A stretch of 64,000 nucleotides of DNA, from contig OZ024744.1 of the NCBI GenBank assembly GCA_964016885.1, forward strand, positions 25,978,001 through 26,042,000, in the 5' to 3' direction. The notes below the pieces were generated by a model. That model worked only from the letters and a program-made list of their open reading frames with translations. It was not told where the DNA came from and searched no databases. Origin of the DNA: Eledone cirrhosa. Lineage: Eukaryota. Made by a program: the position numbers and the translations under genes. Position 1 is the first letter of the stretch; the number at the start of each line of letters is the position of its first letter. Shown here piece after piece: positions 63,648-64,000 of this stretch.

Positions 63648-63912
63648 GCTGTTGTTGTTCTTGTTGTTGATTCACCACGTTGTTGTTGTTTTGTTATATT
63701 GTTGTTGTTGTTGTGTAAGTTGTGTATATTGTTGTTAATGTTGTTATTGTGTATATTGTTGTTGTTGTTATTGTATATATTTCTGTTGGTGTTGTTGTTG
63801 TTAGTGTGTATATATCTGTTGTTGTTGTTGTTGTTGTATATATGTATGTTGTTGTTTTTATTGTTGTCGTTTACATTATTGTTGTTTTTACTGTATTTAT
63901 TGTTGTTGCTGC
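63648..63912. repeat. (GTT)n-rich degenerate repeat
   Basis: Direct reading. Confidence 0.85.
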
Positions 63913-64000
63913 TAGTGACATACTTTAGATAGCAACGCCCATTCAACCCTTTTAGAGCTACCATAGTGTATCTAGGATGGTATTATAGTTTGTGCCATTT

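Overview
This is eukaryotic, repeat-dominated DNA, probably cephalopod/Octopus judging by the SINE family and extreme microsatellite density (inference). I could not identify an intact host gene. The dominant feature is a ~36-kb Hsmar2-like (irritans-subfamily) mariner element at 21946-57923. Both TIRs and the transposase N- and C-terminal remnants survive, but a 70-bp piece of the transposase C-terminal coding sequence has been amplified in place into a ~35.5-kb satellite of roughly 500 monomers with several higher-order repeat domains. A smaller TE-born minisatellite (72-bp unit from an RTE LINE) lies at ~59.4-60.1 kb. The flanks hold decayed non-LTR retrotransposons: CRE-like, R4/Dong-like copies sitting in (CATA)n, and RTE. 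They also hold tRNA-type SINEs, a Helentron/HINE-like element, a family of fold-back elements inserted in (TA)n/(GA)n, and two mutated Penelope-type minimal hammerhead motifs. Most ORFs in the track are artefacts of simple repeats or of the satellite. Family assignments come from recalled motifs, not database searches.
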